This document shows, one piece after another, positions 23,281 to 35,185 of a stretch of 64,000 nt of DNA. This DNA comes from Camelus dromedarius (taxonomy: Eukaryota): the NCBI RefSeq assembly GCF_036321535.1, contig NC_087437.1, positions 34,660,001-34,724,000 on the forward strand. Reading direction: 5' to 3'. The position numbers were made by a program, and so were the translations under genes. The notes below the pieces were generated by a model that was given only the letters and a program-made list of their open reading frames with translations, had not been told where the DNA came from and did no database searches. The first letter of the stretch is position 1. Each line of letters opens with the position of its first letter.

Positions 23281-25370
23281 TGTCACCAGAGGAAGATTTT
23301 TAAAAAATTTTCTTGAATATCATAAAATTCACAGTAAGCTATAACAAAAAGCTTATCTAGGGCTTTTAAAAATCACTAGGTAAATTACATTAATTTCTTA
23401 ATAGAAATATGAAAATGCCTATAGGGCCTGCTTGAAAAATCATTTATTGATTTTCACACAAATTAGCAACTTACATGAAAATGTCAAAGCTTATCTCCAG
23501 AGAGTCTGCAGCATATCTAGATTAATTAAGTCAGGCCCTCTTCTTTTATTTCTCTTCCCAAGAGACCAGTATGGTCCTTTCTCTTCTTTTTTTAGGTATG
23601 GGAGAAACATGCCTTTCAGGAATATTTGCTGCTGTCATCAATGTAGTAATGTTGTGGACAGGCCAGATTGGGCCCTAGGTTTGGAATTTTTCTACCCCAG
23701 AGCCTGGTTTGACTTGTAATTTTGGAGTCTTGATCAGCTTATTTGCAAGTTGCCTTTGCCAGAAACAGATTCATACACAGAGACATTGATAATGCACCTG
23801 AAAGCCAAAGGTAATTTACAGTAAGAAATATTATAATCTCATCTTCATAATAACACTAATGCATTACCTTTGCTTTATAGTTCCTAAAGGCTTTTGAATT
23901 CATTATCTTATTTGGGAACCTCATGACTTATGACTTTTGAACAGAACGACCTAATTTATTTCTAAACTGCTTATTTCCTCTATTTATCAAGTGGAAAATA
24001 GCAAAAAGTGTGAAGAACAAGAGACCATATCTTAGTTGTCAAAAATAACACAGTTAACAATTCTTCACATTTCCTTCCTTTTCTATGCATAAGTATATAA
24101 TTGAGATCATATAATATATGCCATTTAAATGTCAAAGTTTTCATTTTTTCTTCTGGTTAAGATGGTAATCTATGAGTTTTGTTTAAAAAAAATGGAAAAA
24201 TTGTAGGAAACAGACAAAAGTTCCTAACAGAAAATGAATATCACATATAATTTACTACTGTAGTTAACCATCGTAAACATTTTGGTGTATTTCCTTCTAG
24301 TATTTTACTTCTTTTACTGGGAATCAGGCAGCCTCTACTCTCCAGTCTATTGGACTAGGAGCTGCAGAAGATCAGCACTCTTCTTCCTGGACAGGGTTAG
24401 CGAGAGTGAATATTTTCCTTTAAAGCTCACTTGTTTCCTTATTCTAAGCTGATTTGTACATTCTTCTCTTCTTTCCCCAACATCTTCAAGGCCACCGACA
24501 CCTGCCCATAGTTCAACAAGTTATCCTTGATGGCTTCTCAAATTCTACTCACTTCTGCTCATCTCAAGACTCCCGCCCCCACTTCACCTTCCCCTGCGAT
24601 GACTGAGGAGGTGGAGGGAGGCCGCTAGTTCGGAGCTTCAAAGGCACCACCGGCAAGCCTAAACAGAAGAGTCAGCTCCTCGCCCCGCGGCAGGGTCAGG
24701 AGCGTCCCAGGCTCCACTGGGAGACCCTGGTGTTTCTCGGGGGAAGGGTGGGACCAACCAAGGCCTTCGTGGCTAAGTCCCCGCTCCAGGTGAGGCGGCA
24801 GCTTGTAGAGAGGCCAGCTGATCCTCGCGCCTCCCGAGGTTATCATCAGAGCGCACTTCCACGTAACTCTGAGTCTTCACATCCTACTGTTCTCGGGAGG
24901 TTTTTTTCTCAATCGGAGACGGCTTTGAGGCCCGACGCTCTCTCTCTGCCTCTGGGGAGACTCAGGGAGGCCTCTGTCACAGAAAACCGACGATCCTCTC
25001 CGCCTCGCTTTGCGAGCCAAGAGAAGTACGTCCCTTCTCGCTTGCCTTATGCCTGGCGAGGCGGGGACCGCACTACCGTGCCGCCAGCCGGAGGGGGGGA
25101 CGCTCACGTGCGGCCCTCTGCTTTCCAGCTGGTAGCAGTAGCTCCCGGGAAACCACAGTTCAGACTACCAGGGTCAGTATTATAATGTTCTGAGAGCTCG
25201 CACAGGAGGCAGAAACGACCATCCACTCGAACTCGGCCGCGGCCGCGCCCCTTCCCTCCCCCTCGGTTCGCCCGGACCGCCTGGAGCTGCAAGAGCGCCA
25301 GCTGCCGCCAAGTCGCTTCAGCTTTTGACAGCTCCGCGCGGGCACCTCCGGGCCTCGAATCCCGGCTCAA

Positions 25371-25405
25371 GGGGCGGGGCGAGGCGGGGCGAGGCGGGGC
25401 GGGGC
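25371..25405 (+). promoter_or_regulatory. Tandem GC boxes (Sp/KLF sites), likely core promoter
   Basis: ggggcggggcgaggcggggcgaggcggggcggggc. An E-box CACGTG lies upstream at 25105-25110. Confidence 0.75.
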
Positions 25406-26222
25406 GAGCGCGCGCTGGGCGGGACGAGCGCGAGCCGGGGCTCGAGGAGGGAGCGCGCGAGACAAGCCGAGCCGAGCGAAGCGGAGCAGAGCAGGGAGGT
25501 GTTCAGGAGAGGCAGGCAGAGCCCGGCCGGCCGCCTGCGGCTCCGCACCGATCGTGCTGCGTCGCCGGGCTCCGCGTACCCCCGCCTCTGCCCAGGCTCC
25601 AGCAAAACTTTTATTCTCTGGGGCCTCCTGGGGTGTCTGAAGGACTCCAAGCGCTCGGCCCGCTCTGCGCTCCCCTGCAGCTGCGACCAAGGGGACGTGC
25701 ATCCCTTGCCCGCCAGGCTCTCGCGCCCCGCGCCTCCTTACCTGCTGAACGCTCCCCGAAGCGGCCAGGGGGCACCCGCGGAGGAGCCGAAAGGGCGCCA
25801 GCGCCTCTAAACTCTCCCGCCCACCTCGGCCGACCCGCCCGGCGCAACTTTATCTTGATTCCTCTCTTCTAGCCCGGCACCCGCAACTGCTGCTGCCACC
25901 GCCACTGTCTTGGCCGCCGCCGCCTCACAAAGGGGCGTAGGGAGGGGAGGCGGCGCGAGCGGCCGACAAGGCTCCGGTGCGCAGGGCGCGGGCCTCTGGG
26001 CCGCTGAGGCCCGGAGACAAAAGGGAAACTGCCTCTGTTCGCCGTGCGGGCTTAGAGCTGCCTGCTCGTCCGCCTCCCGGCAGGTTCCGCGAACCTCCTC
26101 CCCCTCCACCCTCGGCTGCTGCTCCGCCTCTCTCCGCGCGGGCCGTCCCCGCAGTGCTCCGGGACCCGGCGAGCCTTCGGGGCGCGCGTCGCTGCTGGTG
26201 GTTGGGGCTCTAGCGATAATAA

Positions 26223-26621
26223 ATGATAGAGGATACAATGACTTTGCTGTCTCTCTTGGGTCGCATCATGCGCTACTTCTTGCTGAGACCCGAGACGCTC
26301 TTCCTGCTGTGCATCAGCTTGGCGCTGTGGAGTTACTTCTTCCACACGGACGAGGTGAAGACCATCGTCAAGTCCAGCCGGGACGCCGTGAAGATGGTGA
26401 AGGGCAAGGTGGCTGAAATCATGCAGAACGATCGGCTCGGGGGGCTCGACGTGCTGGAGGCGGAGTTTTCCAAGACCTGGGAGTTCAAGAGCCACAATGT
26501 GGCCGTGTATTCCATCCAGGGCCGGAGAGACCACATGGAGGACCGCTTCGAAGTTCTTACGGACCTAGCCAACAAGACACATCCGTCCATCTTCGGGATC
26601 TTCGACGGCCACGGAGGCGAG
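26223..26621 (+). CDS. PPM1L: Protein phosphatase 1L (PP2C-epsilon), coding exon 1 (aa 1-133)
   Basis: MIEDTMTLLSLLGRIMRYFLLRPETLFLLCISLALWSYFF... recognised as the PPM1L N-terminus with its hydrophobic membrane anchor. PP2C motifs QGRRDHMEDR and FGIFDGHGG. Ends GAG|GTAAGA, a phase-0 donor at 26622. Confidence 0.97.
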
Positions 26622-28379
26622 GTAAGAGTTTTCTGGAGCTCTGTGTGTGTGCCTGCGCGCTCGCGCGCGCGCATAAATAACAGGACGTTGTGTGAGCGGC
26701 AGGGTAGGACCTGAGTGCGAGAGGCGTGGTGATGACCTGGTGCCGGGCTGGACAAAGCCACTAGTTCCACATGTGGCCAAGTTGCCAAAAACACTGCTGG
26801 ATCTAGACCTCTTGTACTGAGGGTCCTATGTCGGGGAGGGAGGGTCATCCATAACCTATTTTGTGCTTCATAATATATGAGGTTTCCCAAGGCCAAAACC
26901 CAGAAAATGACTGCTAGTTTTGCTGGGAGAGGTAATGGTTTCAACCATGAACTTTGGCGTGAGGCCTCAGCTCCCCTAGCACAAAGAAGGAAGATAGTAT
27001 TCTTTGATTCTCGTTCGGGAAAAGACAGACTCAGTGGAGCCGAGTCTGCGAGGGTTTAGAGAGGATGAAGGAACCTCTGACTCCTTCCCATCGCCTGTGC
27101 CCTGAGGAGAAACCCGAGGGGCAGCGCTGCGCTTCTTCCCAGTTCCATTAACTTTGCCAGTGCCACCCGGCCACTTGACAGCAGCTCTTCGCTGGCCGCC
27201 TGCGTTTAGCCGAATCGAGGCGCAGGACGGAGATGCTTCTGGCATTTGCAGAGGTGTCGGTGCCCGCAGAGGCAGCAGTGCTCGGATCTGGTCCCTGCCC
27301 CCTGGCTGGCGTGGGACGCAGACGTCTTCTTGCTTGTAAATTCCTTCTAAATTTGGGGTTCCTGCGGGAGCAAGAGATGAGGTTAGACGCCGGTTCAGGT
27401 CCCTCTCCCAAATTTCTGCGGCACCCAGATTGCTCTCCCGGGCTTAGATTTCCAGGAGGTCGGGGCGAGAGTTGGCTTTGGTCCTTGGGCATTGGCCCAG
27501 GCGAAGTGAGTGGCAGATATGGCTTCTGCGCCGTGCTCCAAAGAGCACCAGGCCAGATACCCCGTTATTCTAAGTTTGGCAGTTTGGAACAGTTTCTTGC
27601 TGCATACTTTTTCCCCCCTTTTCAACCTACATTTTTACCCGTATTCCCGCGCCCCCCTTCGCCACCCCTTCTTCATCATTTCCCTCTCCTCCCACAGCCC
27701 CGAACTCCCACCCAGCTTTTCCCCCTTTCCCTTAATTCTCTTCTTGGCCCTTCTGGTCTTTGGGTGGGCTCTAGGGGATGTCATTCTCTTTCAAGCTTGT
27801 TCTTTGGCCTTTGTTTTGGGTGAACACTGAGAGAGCTTTCAATTGGTTATCTTAACTGCATTCTCTTTTGGATACAAAGTCACCTCACCCACCAATCTGC
27901 TAATCATTCCAACATACTGTATCTACCTGCCTTGTAGAACCAACTTTGCAATTAATGACAAACTTAGTTGGAAAATTTATTTAGTAGAGATGAAATCAGG
28001 TTTTGCTATTTTCCAGCCACCCTAGCCCTTTGTATGTTCTGTCTTTTAAAATAAAGGTTTCTCATTGATTGTAATTTTGTAGCCTCTCCTGTAACGTAGG
28101 GGGGGTTCCTTCCTTTCCCCTTGGTCACAGGGAAGATGAAAGGTGTAGTTAACTGAGGGAAGAAATGCTGTGTATTTGGATAAAAACATATCTGCAAGAC
28201 AAGGTTATCAATATAATGGCTAATTAATTTTTTAGCTTCAGTCAGAATGTCTATATATTCATTTTATGTGCCTTATCTGTTGGAAGTCATTTAATAAAGC
28301 TTATATTTATTTTGTATTTTTATGTTAAAATTGTTGGCAGATGATAATCTGCTTCTTGTCTTAGCATAGTTTTATTCTT

Positions 28380-28567
28380 TTAAAATTTTTATTTATTTTT
28401 TAAAAAAATTATTTTTTAACTTTCTTTTTAATTTTTGGAGGGGTTTGTTTTTGTTTTAGGGGGAGGTAATTACATTTATTTATTTATTTTAATGGAGGTA
28501 CTGGGAATGGAACCCAGGACCTCATGCATGCTAGGCATGTACTCTACCACTGAGCTGTACCCTCCCC
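28380..28567 (-). mobile_element. Vic-1-like tRNA SINE
   Basis: TSD ca(t/c)agttttattctt (28365-28379, 28568-28582). Confidence 0.9.
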
Positions 28568-29574
28568 CACAGTTTTATTCTTAATTTACAGGTTTGGATG
28601 TAATATTAATGCTGTGAAACTTTGGGTTATGTATGTCTGGGTATGCTGTATTGCATGTTTTGAGCCTACATGTGTAAGTGAATGGGTATTTAAATTTTTC
28701 TTCTAAGTTGATATTCTAAAATCTGAACATTGAAGACCCCAATAGATTTTAGGTTGAAAAATTTACAGTACTATCTTCTGGTAAATTCACCATTCAGAGA
28801 AGGGACATGCTAAATGCTTTTATTTAACTAGAAATATTTTACTTGTATAGGAATTTTTCATTAAATTTTTAGATAGTAAACGAGCTGATCATTGTTAGCC
28901 ACCCTATGAAATGCATTTCATTGTTCCTTATATTAAAAAGCTTGCTGTTTGCAAAATAGTTAATAATATCAGTACCCTGAAAAATAGAATAATTTGTTCC
29001 ATCTATAACTGTATACAGTATATAGTCAGTTCATTCATTCTGGCTTTGTTTTGGGGCAAAATAAGTAGTTTAAAAACAAACTATTTAATTGCTATTGGGA
29101 ATGCAATAACAAATAATCTTAGGTAATTTCTCTCTTGCTTTTTCTTTCATCCGAAGAAAATCCCACCATCTAATTTTTTTGTATTTTGTGTTGTTTAGCT
29201 CCTTTAATATTCACCAGAGGAGGGTGCCACTGTTTGATTTTGGTGTAGATGATAGTTATCTCCTTTCAGAAAAGAGGGAGCTTTTTCTGAACTCTCTGTC
29301 TGTATACCTTTATATGTTGTCTGTAGAGTGTCACGGAAGATGAATGAGGAGTTAAACTTTATTTCTAGTAATTCAAACTAATAAAAATCAGGGCCCATCT
29401 ACAGTGGTAGTGCTTTTAGATACAGAAAGACCCTAAGCCACCTTGTGAATCTGTTTCATCCTGTATTTTAGATGAGATGTTTATTGATGGTAGGAGTATT
29501 TGTGACCTTCCTAAGGCTACATGTCTTGTTCAAGGCCTTCAGTTTGATGATCTTTATATTAAACCAGTGGACAA

Positions 29575-29790
29575 ATTAGTTTGCATATTTGCCTGAGTAA
29601 ATAGCACACTAGGGATATGAGGGTGAATGAAACATGATTCCCATCTTCAGAAAGTTTCAGTGTGGTGAGAGAGATAGACCTGTATACCAGAAATTATAGA
29701 CATGGTGTGCTGAGGGTGTTATTGGAATACCGAAGAGGGTCATTTAAATCAAACTGGGAGGTGGGAGGCCCTGGGAAAGACACCTTAAAG
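29575..29790 (-). mobile_element. L2 fragment
   Basis: cacactagggatatgagggtgaatgaaacatgattccc... Confidence 0.55.
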
Positions 29791-29799
29791 GCATCATTT

Positions 29800-29940
29800 A
29801 CTGCAAGGTTAAAAGTGTAGGCTTTGGCTTGAGATTTGGTTTTGAATCTCTGCTCTGTCTTATACTAACTGTGACGTTGGGCAAGTTGTTTTTGCAACTT
29901 TATCGGGGAGTTTTTAATCTAAAAAATATGGATAATAATG
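29800..29940 (+). mobile_element. MIR fragment
   Basis: ggttaaaagtgtaggctttgg...ttgaatctctgctctg...actaactgtgacgttgggcaagtt. Confidence 0.7.
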
Positions 29941-30488
29941 AAGGTCTTAACCTTCATCAGTTGCATAATACTCTGTCTAGAGAAATACTTGATGGAGAGA
30001 AGGTTGTGGAAGAAGAAAGCTTAAAGACCAAAAAGTCTGCAGTGTTGGGGGCATCAGTATCCAAGGAAGGAAGGAGACTACCTGTGAAAGCCATAGCTTT
30101 GATCACTACTGGTGAACTGACTATTAATTTAGGATTCCAGGTATCTTAGCATTGGGAAAGCAGCATCCTGGCCTCAGGTGCAAATTTTATAATTCGGAAA
30201 AAAGAATATTCTTTATGATTAGTTAATAAATTGGTATTCTGATTTGTACTTCAGCCTCTTAGGAGTTGAGTTAACTTGAGTTAGTTCTCAGTCTCTTCAG
30301 CTGTGTATTTTTGACAAAGATATGTCTCTGAACATGTTATGCTGGGGACTATACTCTGGATGGCTGTGAATTCTAGGTGGATCATATCTTAATGAGCTGT
30401 GTCTTGGAGGTTCTACAGGCCAGGTTCCTCACTTGATGCTCTTAAACCCTTGAGACATTCTAACTACCATACTATGGGTGGATGGTTG

Positions 30489-30492
<4 letters not shown>

Positions 30493-30522
<30 letters not shown>
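30493..30522. repeat. (TG)15 microsatellite
   Basis: Directly visible. Confidence 0.97.
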
Positions 30523-30526
<4 letters not shown>

Positions 30527-31030
30527 AAGTGATTGTTTTGCTGTATAATGCAAATTAAAACAGAAAGGTTAAAAAAAACTCAGATTGTATCAACTAATGT
30601 GGAAAGGTTATTTTTAAAGTTATAAATGATGTTTATCTAGGAAAATTGTTTTGCTTATCTGTAATTTTTATCCACAGGCAAAAGGTGTTTTGTTTTTTTA
30701 AACTTTTTAAAAATTAACTAGAAGAAATATTACCCATCCTTTCAGGCAACTTTGTCAGCGTTCATAGCTGAACTCTACCTAGAAAAACAATTGTTATGCG
30801 CTCTATATGCTTATGGGCATTACTGTATTAAAGGTCACATATCATACAATTGACACACAGTTTGGTCAGGGGTTTAAGCTTAGAGTTCCACACTTCACAT
30901 CAGAGAGAAGCTGTACTTCAGATACTTGTCAGGAGCTATAGTCTTGAGAGTTAGCACTTCTCAGAAGCTCAGAAGAAAAACTGCTTATGGTGGGTTGCCT
31001 GAAGGATGTATACAGTCAAGTTCTTTAGAT

Positions 31031-31181
31031 CAGTGGTTCTTAACTTTTCTTGAGTCATTCTTCTCTTTGAGGATGTTATGAAACCACAGACATATCCCCC
31101 AGAAAAATGGACATGAACATCAAGTTTTGTTTATAATTTCAAAGCGAAGTGGATGCCTGAAGCCTCTGGATTTTAGGTTAG
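31031..31181. mobile_element. hAT-Charlie-type MITE
   Basis: cagtggttcttaactttt...ccccagaaaaatggacat...ttataatttc...aggtta. Confidence 0.6.
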
Positions 31182-34178
31182 TCTAGATAGAATCAAATCT
31201 GTTTCTGATAAATCTAGACCTGCAGGGTGCTGTGTACCTGGACCCCACCTTGCCCTGATCGTGTCCCTCTCTGTCATTTTGCACTTACTGACTTTTGTGC
31301 TGGCATTTGCCCGTGAGGACTGTTACGAGGGACGGTCTTCCAAAGCTCTCTGATAAATCAACTGCAGAGAAGTCATTGAGGACTTTATTTGTTACATTAT
31401 ATAGTATCCTCTTTATGAGGACCAAGGGAGAGAGTGTTCTCTGAGAGCTTTTTGTTTTTATCTTAAGGATGCTGAATCATGTAGCTGATTGGATCATCCT
31501 GTGTTTGTTGGCTGCTCGGAATGTTAGAGCCAAACCTCTGACCTGCCTCTATCAAGTGTGCAGAATTTTACTAATTTGGCACATGAACCTCATTCCTAGG
31601 ACAGCTTATCTTTCCTCCATTTAGTTTTCCTTTGTCCCATTTTTCTCTATTTCCTCTTCAATATGTCATTTTCTCTTGTAGTGTATGTATTTATGTAAGT
31701 TTCATTGAATCCTTTCTGAAATAAGATATACTAGTTCCAAATAAATAAATTATGAGTGATACAATGAATGATCTGCTTTTCAGACATTACAGCTGCTGTT
31801 AGTAAATGGGCCCCCACATTACTGATGTACAAGAGGCCTGTGGATTAAGTGTGAACAAATGCCTTATGGTTGAAGAAAAAATTCAGATTATTTTAGTTTA
31901 AAATGGCACGTTAACATTTCTGCGCCCAAAAGGGGGAACACACTTTCCCTTTAGTACCCACACCTATTCTGTGCTTGGCAACTCTTTGAAGGCGAAGGTA
32001 GGATCCTGACTGCTGACCTTGGTGTATCTTCTGAACAGACTGTTTAGAAATTCAGTTCAAATAAACCTACATTTTCTGTATAGTTTGCCACATGTGGCAA
32101 ACAGTAGTATGCTCTCTGTAATGCCCAAAGATGAATCAGTGTGTTCCCTGCCCTCAGGGAGCATTCCATCTACTTCAAGAGATGATTTTTTTTTTTTTTA
32201 AATAGAACTACAGGATGTAGTTCGACCACCTACAAGAGGGTGCTGCCTGTCTGAGGGAGCCTGGGGAGTCTTGGACAATTTTGAAGAGGAACTGGCATTT
32301 GATTATTTCCTGGCATTTCAGTAGACAGAGACTGGGTGGAGGGAGAATGAAAAGATGACATTATAGGTGGAAGAACAAGTGTGAAAATGGACTAGAGGAA
32401 GTAAAATGCAGGCACAGTGGTAAGACAGGCAGGGAGCTCATTGGTTTAGAGCAGGCTTTCCCCATCTGCTGTCATCTAGAGGCCCACTCATTTTCTTCCA
32501 TATTTGAGTACCTTCTGTGTTATGATATACTTAATCCTATTTTTTTAGATTGACTATTTTTTAATTAAGTATATTTGTTTAAAAAAGAAACTCCGTATCA
32601 GCGCTGTGAGTAGAAAATCCATAAAATTAAATTCTTGGCCTCCAACTTTTTAATAAGCTGTCTCCATCTTGATGGAGTAGAGCGATTCTAAAAAGGTTCT
32701 TCTGCTAGTGTCTGGTTGCTTCCAGAGTCCCTGTGTCCCTCTCCTCTTGCTCTTTATGAGCAGGGCGGCTTTTAAAGTTTAACTATTGGCCATAATTTGA
32801 AGTGAGGCAGGCTGTGCTCCCTCTGCAGGTGGAAGGTACCTCTAGCGATGCTACTCCTTGAGGAACCCTGGTTTGGAACAGCTTTCCACTGTGACTCACG
32901 TGACAGATATGATTTCATGTGTAACACACCTCCATGGGGAACCCAGGGTTATGGGCAGTTCCCAGTGTCTAGCAGAAATTCCATCCCCATTTCTAATGCA
33001 AGTAAATGAGAAGACATAGGAATAAACCTGAATCCTTGCTAGCTTAGTTTAGAAAGTAAATAATTAATAAGTTTTGGTACTTGAGCCAATATGGGTCACA
33101 AATTGTGACTACTTAAATGATAAGATCCATCTGTGTGCTGGGACACAGTTGAAGAGCCTTGGCCTGGAGTTTATGGTGCACACAGCTGAGAAGTGGGAGA
33201 TGCTGCTGGAACTGTCGTCAGCACTGATGCTGAAAGCCACGCTGAGGAGCCTATCGATATTGGAGAACCCTTGGGTATTTTTGAGCAAAGGAATGGCTTT
33301 TAAATCCAAGCTTTGGTAATCTGTTCCTCTAATCTATATAGAGGATTGACGTGAACAAACAAAATAGAGAAAGGGTGTGTGTGTAGGGGGGGTTGTCCAC
33401 TGGAAGCCTGGGACAGAGCAGTGAAGATGAAACCCAGGGGTGTGGACAGTTGCTGAAAGAGGGGGAAAGGATGAGTTGGAGACCCTCTTTAAGTAGTAAG
33501 ACTGCTGTCGAGGTTCCCAATGTGACACCATCAACATGAAAGAGGGCAGTTGATGGAAGGGCGAATTTGGACAATAGTGAGAATAGCATGAATTTGGCTG
33601 TTAATTTGTTTCCTTTCTCCCTTATATTTAGACACTTCCTGGGACTCGTAAAATATTTGTTGATGGTTAACTCCCCATTTTGTAGAACACTATTTCTGTC
33701 ATAGCTTAACTAAATGGACACATTTTAAAACAATGAAAATATACATTATAAATAATATCTAATTTATTCCAATGGAAAGTTATTTATTACTCTTCTACTT
33801 CGTTACTAGGAATAATTTATGTTTTGTTACAAACTGTAGCTTTCCCAAGACTAAGAAACAGCACAGTATCTTCATTTCTCTTAAATGATTTCATTTCCCT
33901 GACAATGATTTTAAAATTAAAAAATGTGTATTATTCAGTCTCAGATGAAAGTGGTCCCTGGGATCTGTCTAATTTAAATGTAGGCCCATAATTCATTATG
34001 GACTCAGATTTTTTTTCCAGTTATATATGTATAACTGGACTCAGATTTTGAAAAAGTAATAACTTAATTCATTAGGGACTCAGATTTTTAAAAAGTAATA
34101 GCTTAATTTTGCGTGTTAATATTTGAAGCATTTGTTTTATTCTATTTTGATCTTGAACTACTTAGGTAATATATTTTT

Positions 34179-34325
34179 ATTTATGTATGTATTATCATTA
34201 TTTTTGAAGGGGAGGTAATAGGTTTATTAATTTATTTATTTTTAGAGGAGGTACTGGGGATTGAACCCAGAACCTTGTGCATACTAAGCATGCACTCTAT
34301 CACTTGAGCTATCCCCTACCCCCCC
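34179..34325 (-). mobile_element. Vic-1-like tRNA SINE
   Basis: TSD gta(a/g)tatattttt (34166-34178, 34327-34339). Confidence 0.9.
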
Positions 34326-34409
34326 AGTAGTATATTTTTGTGATTTAACTTCTGTTACCATTTTAATAATCCTATTTAATGACTATTAAAATAAATTTAC
34401 AGCAAATTA

Positions 34410-34895
34410 AACATATTTAAAAATAAATTAGTTTTAAAATTATGAAAGTACTGTGATTACCTGATAGATAGTATAGAAAAGAAAAACAGTTACTTCAAAT
34501 TTCATTATCCTGTCACATCCACTATTATAATTTTGGTGTATTACTTGCTCATATTTTTTATATGCATTTTAAATGTAATTTTACATTGTTATAATTATAT
34601 ATACACATATATGGTTTTAAATCTTGGGATTTTCTCACTTTGTGTAATCATATGAACACATAGTCGTTTTGCTATATAATTCTTTTTTATATTTCTAATG
34701 TATTTTTTAGTGATGGAGTAATATTTTACTGAATGGATATTTGATAAATTACTCAATTGCTTCCTTATTGGTATACTTTGAGGTTCCTCTAACTTTTCAC
34801 CATTGTCAATAACATTGTAGTAAGTATTTTTATTCTTCTGCTGTAGTTTGGATTATTTCTCCAGGGTGGATTTCCAGAAGAGGGATTTCTGGACC
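34410..34895 (-). mobile_element. Old L1ME-type fragment
   Basis: AT-rich; ttggattatttctccagggtggatttccagaagagggatttctggacca. Confidence 0.55.
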
Positions 34896-34926
34896 AGAGG
34901 AGAAAGAAAAAACCTCCAGTATTATT

Positions 34927-35185
34927 GATGATGATGATGATGATGATGATGATTGAATATGTATAATATTCCAAGTAGTGTTTAAAGTACTTTGTATACT
35001 ATCTAATTTTAATTATCATAAGAATTTTTGAGATAGGTACTATGGTATCCCCATTTTATATGTGTAGAAGTTAAAGCACTGAGAGGGTGAGTAATTTACC
35101 CAAGGTTTCTCACAGCTCATAGGTGGTAAAACTAGGATTTGAAACTGGGATTCAAACTTAGAGCTGTCTACCTCCAAAGCCTGTG
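34927..35185 (-). mobile_element. MIR, with a (GAT)9 microsatellite at 34927-34953 at its tail
   Basis: atccccattttatatgtgtagaagttaaagcactgagagggtgagtaatttacccaagg; the repeat is directly visible. Confidence 0.75.

Larger units (their letters stand above)
24620..27560. promoter_or_regulatory. PPM1L: CpG island / PPM1L promoter and 5' region
   Basis: Sharp rise in GC and CpG content around exon 1 compared with the AT-rich, CpG-depleted flanks. Confidence 0.92.

Noticed and set aside
25179..25186. Palindromic ATTATAAT as a bidirectional TATA box
   Set aside because: It is not a canonical TATAWAWR, it lies upstream of the GC boxes, and the TSS cannot be determined from sequence.
24625..27830. 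Many overlapping 60-200 aa ORFs in the CpG island, including the 203-aa antisense ORF 26333-26944
   Set aside because: Expected from stop-codon scarcity in GC-rich DNA and from the antisense shadow of the PPM1L exon; mostly non-ATG starts with Arg/Pro/Ala/Gly-rich composition.
33989..34108. CRISPR-like repeat-spacer pattern
   Set aside because: Only three 13-bp repeats, the spacers are not unique, the context is mammalian and there are no cas genes.
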